Below are positions 40,850-43,061 of a DNA stretch of 43,061 nt, piece by piece (position 1 is the first letter of the stretch; every line of letters begins with the position of its first letter). Location: the NCBI GenBank assembly GCA_036562195.1, contig DATCKT010000160.1, positions 1 through 43,061 of the forward strand, read 5' to 3'. The position numbers and the translations under genes were made by a program. The notes beneath the pieces are model-generated. The model was given only the letters and a program-made list of their open reading frames with translations, did not search any database and had not been told where the DNA came from. Source of the stretch: Limnochordales bacterium (GTDB lineage: Bacteria > Bacillota > Limnochordia > Limnochordales > ZCTH02-B6).

Positions 40850-41617
40850 TTACCGGCTTGGCCATTCCACGGGCGCCACGGGCGGCATCGAGCGCTTGTG
40901 ACGGCTGCGGGCGTGCATGCGCTCGATCCGCTCCTTCACCTCCGGCGCGGCGCGCCCCTCCAAGATGTAGGTGTCCAGTTCCGCGTAGGTCAGACCCATC
41001 TCGCCCTCGTCCGTCTGGCCTTCCCAGAGCCCGGCGCTGGGCGGGCGCTGCAGGAGGCGCTCCGGTAGCCCCAAAAACCGCGCCAACTCGTACACTTGCC
41101 GCTTCACCAAGCCGCCGATGGGCAGGATGTCGCCCGTGTCGCCGTATTTGGTGCAGTATCCCACGTAAAGCTCGGATCGATTGCCTGTGGCGACCACCAA
41201 GTAATTGTGCAGGTTCGCGAGGAAGTACAGCGTCTGCATGCGCAGGCGGGGCTTCAGGTTGGCCATGGCGAGGCGCTCTCGATCCGGGGGCACCGACGAA
41301 TTCTGGACGCCCGCTCCCAACCGCAGGGCGGTCAGCATCGTATCGTAAACGGGCGTCAGGTCGACGCGGACCACGGGGATGCCCTCATGCTCGGCCAAAA
41401 GCCGCGCGTCGGCTTCGTCCTGTGGGTTGCTGTGGCACGGCATGATGACGCCCAAGCACCGTCCGGGGAAAGCCCGGCGGCACAGGGCGGCGGTGACGGC
41501 CGAATCGATGCCGCCGCTCAAGCCGACCACAACGCCGTCCGCGCCCGCGTCCTCCACCTGTTTCTTGAGCCAATCCACCAAACTGTTGACGACGGGCTCG
41601 AGACGTGCTCCGGCCAT
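40850..41617 (-). CDS. nadE: NH3-dependent NAD+ synthetase (short form)
   Basis: Track ORF 40850..41638 trimmed to ATG 41617, which has an AAAGGGGGTG RBS 5 nt upstream. PP-loop GLSGGIDSAV. Confidence 0.88.
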   Translation of the reverse strand: MAGARLEPVVNSLVDWLKKQVEDAGADGVVVGLSGGIDSAVTAALCRRAFPGRCLGVIMPCHSNPQDEADARLLAEHEGIPVVRVDLTPVYDTMLTALRLGAGVQNSSVPPDRERLAMANLKPRLRMQTLYFLANLHNYLVVATGNRSELYVGYCTKYGDTGDILPIGGLVKRQVYELARFLGLPERLLQRPPSAGLWEGQTDEGEMGLTYAELDTYILEGRAAPEVKERIERMHARSRHKRSMPPVAPVEWPSR

Positions 41618-41810
41618 CGCCGCACCCCCTTTGTCCATTGGACACGCGCCGCCTGGTGAGGCGCCCCGCCAGCGATTGTTGGTGTGATGCCACCCATGTC
41701 CTTTCGAAAACAGTACGCGCAGCGGGGCCAGCCCGTCAAGAGACTTTTGTCCATCTTTGGGGGCGTCTTCCGGAGGATCCGGGGGGCGTCCCGGGCAATC
41801 GGGCGCCTCG

Positions 41811-42962
41811 TTACGGTGCGGAGAAACCGGTGGGGAAGGGCACGTGGCGCCGGGGATTGCGGGAGCCGACCATGCAGACGATCTCGTACGGAATGGTGCC
41901 CAAATGGGCCGCCCACTCGTCGGCGGTAATCACCGCGTCGCCGTCCCGCCCCAAGAGCGTCACCACGTCGCCCGGGCGCACAGGCAGGTCGCCCGCGTCC
42001 ACCATGCAGTGGTTCATGCAGATGCGACCCACCACCGGCCGCCGCTGGCCGTGCACCAGCACGTGCAGCTTGTGGGAGAGGCCGCGGCTGACGCCGTGGG
42101 AATACCCCACCGGCAAGGTGGCGATGGTGGTTTCGGCAGGCGTCACGTAGGTGCCGCCGTAGCTGATGGGCCACCCCGGGGGAACACGGCGGGCGGCCAC
42201 CACCCGGGCCCGGAAGGCGAGGGCCGGGCGCAGCCGGATGCCGGCGGCGGCCGCCATGCGGGCCACCGCCGGGGACGGCGCGATGCCGTAGAGCGCGATG
42301 CCGATGCGGGCCAGCGAGTAGCGGCTTTCGGGCAACGCCAGGGCCGCGGCGCTGTTGGCCGCGTGCACCGCGTCGGGCCGCAGCCCCTCCAGGGCCAGGG
42401 TCTCCAAGACAGCCTCAAAGCGGGCCAACTGGGCCCGGGCCGAGGTAAGATCGTCGTCATCCGCAGCGGCCATGTGGGTGAACAGTCCCGCGACGCGCAC
42501 CCCCGGCAGGTTGTGCACCGCCCGCACCAGCCCCGGCGCGTCCTCAGGCCGAACGCCCAGGCGGCCCATGCCCGTGTCGACCTTGATGTGGACGGGGATC
42601 GGCCGCCCCCGGCCCTGGCCGGCGACGGCGAGGAGGCGCGCGGTTTCCAGGTCGGCCACGGCTGCGATCAGGTCGTGGGCCGCATAGGCCGGCGCCTGAT
42701 CGGGCAGCGGCGGGGTCAGAACGAGGATCGGGGCGTCCAAGCCCGCCGCGCGCAGCTCCACCGCTTCGTCCACCACGGCCACGATCAGGCCCGCCGCCCC
42801 GGCGGCCAGCGCGGTCCGGGCGGTGTCGACGCTGCCGTGCCCATAGCCCTGGGCTTTCACCACCGCCCACAGCTGGGCGCCGCCCAAGGCCTGCCGCAGA
42901 ACACGGACGTTGTGGGCCAGCGCCTCGTGATCGACCTCGACCCAGTGCAACGCGTCGGCCAT
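41811..42962 (-). CDS. alr: Alanine racemase
   Basis: Track ORF. PLP-lysine motif AVVKAQGYGHG. Full-length Alr similarity. Confidence 0.95.
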   Translation of the reverse strand: MADALHWVEVDHEALAHNVRVLRQALGGAQLWAVVKAQGYGHGSVDTARTALAAGAAGLIVAVVDEAVELRAAGLDAPILVLTPPLPDQAPAYAAHDLIAAVADLETARLLAVAGQGRGRPIPVHIKVDTGMGRLGVRPEDAPGLVRAVHNLPGVRVAGLFTHMAAADDDDLTSARAQLARFEAVLETLALEGLRPDAVHAANSAAALALPESRYSLARIGIALYGIAPSPAVARMAAAAGIRLRPALAFRARVVAARRVPPGWPISYGGTYVTPAETTIATLPVGYSHGVSRGLSHKLHVLVHGQRRPVVGRICMNHCMVDAGDLPVRPGDVVTLLGRDGDAVITADEWAAHLGTIPYEIVCMVGSRNPRRHVPFPTGFSAP

Positions 42963-42966
42963 GGCT

Positions 42967-43061
42967 TCACGCGCCCGTTCCGCGAGGACCGTCCTCCTGG
43001 CGAGCGTTGAGGTACACGGCGCGCAGGACGTCGTCGCGGGCGATGATACCCACCAGGCGCC
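42967..43061 (-). CDS. 3' end of a CBS-domain-containing protein (gene starts beyond the window end)
   Basis: Reverse translation gives ...RLVGIIARDDVLRAVYLNARQEDGPRGTGA*, a typical CBS-motif ending. Stop TGA at 42969-42967, 4 nt before the alr ATG. Confidence 0.5.
   Translation of the reverse strand, partial: RLVGIIARDDVLRAVYLNARQEDGPRGTGA

Noticed and set aside
38530-41445. 971-aa plus-strand ORF antisense to hemC, hemA and nadE (also 35483..37054, 41757..43010 and similar)
   Set aside because: Shadow ORFs opposite conserved genes. No recognisable domains.
41639-41810. Small ORFs in the alr-nadE gap (plus-strand 41684..41929, minus-strand MDKSLLTGWPRC...)
   Set aside because: No RBS, basic or odd composition, and overlap with the alr 3' end. 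The region more likely holds the nadE promoter/leader (weak TTGACG-18-TACTGT).

Overview
Very GC-rich 43-kb chromosomal segment (about 70% G+C by eye, not computed). The gene content (lonB, a GerM-domain gene, a YtfI/DUF2953-like gene, whiA) points to an endospore-lineage, high-GC Firmicute-like bacterium such as Symbiobacterium, Thermaerobacter or Limnochordia; this placement is inference only. All confident genes but two lie on the minus strand. In minus-strand transcription order (high to low coordinate) they are: a CBS-protein 3' end, alr, nadE, hemA, hemC, an alpha-glucan island, an FG-GAP gene with nagA and nagB, rapZ-yvcK-whiA, gap-pgk-tpiA-eno, secG-hppA, smpB-ssrA(tmRNA), a giant AMIN-domain amidase, a GerM-domain gene, murD, rph-rdgB, tRNA-Pro/Gly/Arg/His, a ytfI-like gene, tRNA-Lys, tRNA-Leu, tig, clpP-clpX and the 5' part of lonB. 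The island comprises a Glucodextran_C-like membrane protein, a GDE-type debranching enzyme, a CBS pair, a GT4 transferase, GH57 and a DUF4912-like gene on the plus strand, and GH15. I see no transposases, integrases, CRISPR array, toxin-antitoxin pair or recognisable defence system. The many long plus-strand ORFs in the track are antisense shadow ORFs typical of high-GC DNA. The best candidate for something undescribed is the roughly 11-kb accessory block at 26.9-38.4 kb. It is a GH57/GT4-centred alpha-glucan gene set with no classical glgC, GT5 glgA or glgP in view, tightly coupled to several genes of unknown function and to repeat-bearing control regions. Secondary candidates are a roughly 440-nt structured leader between the ssrA terminator and the amidase gene, and the unusual amidase architecture. 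All family assignments come from motifs read by eye and need HMM or BLAST confirmation.
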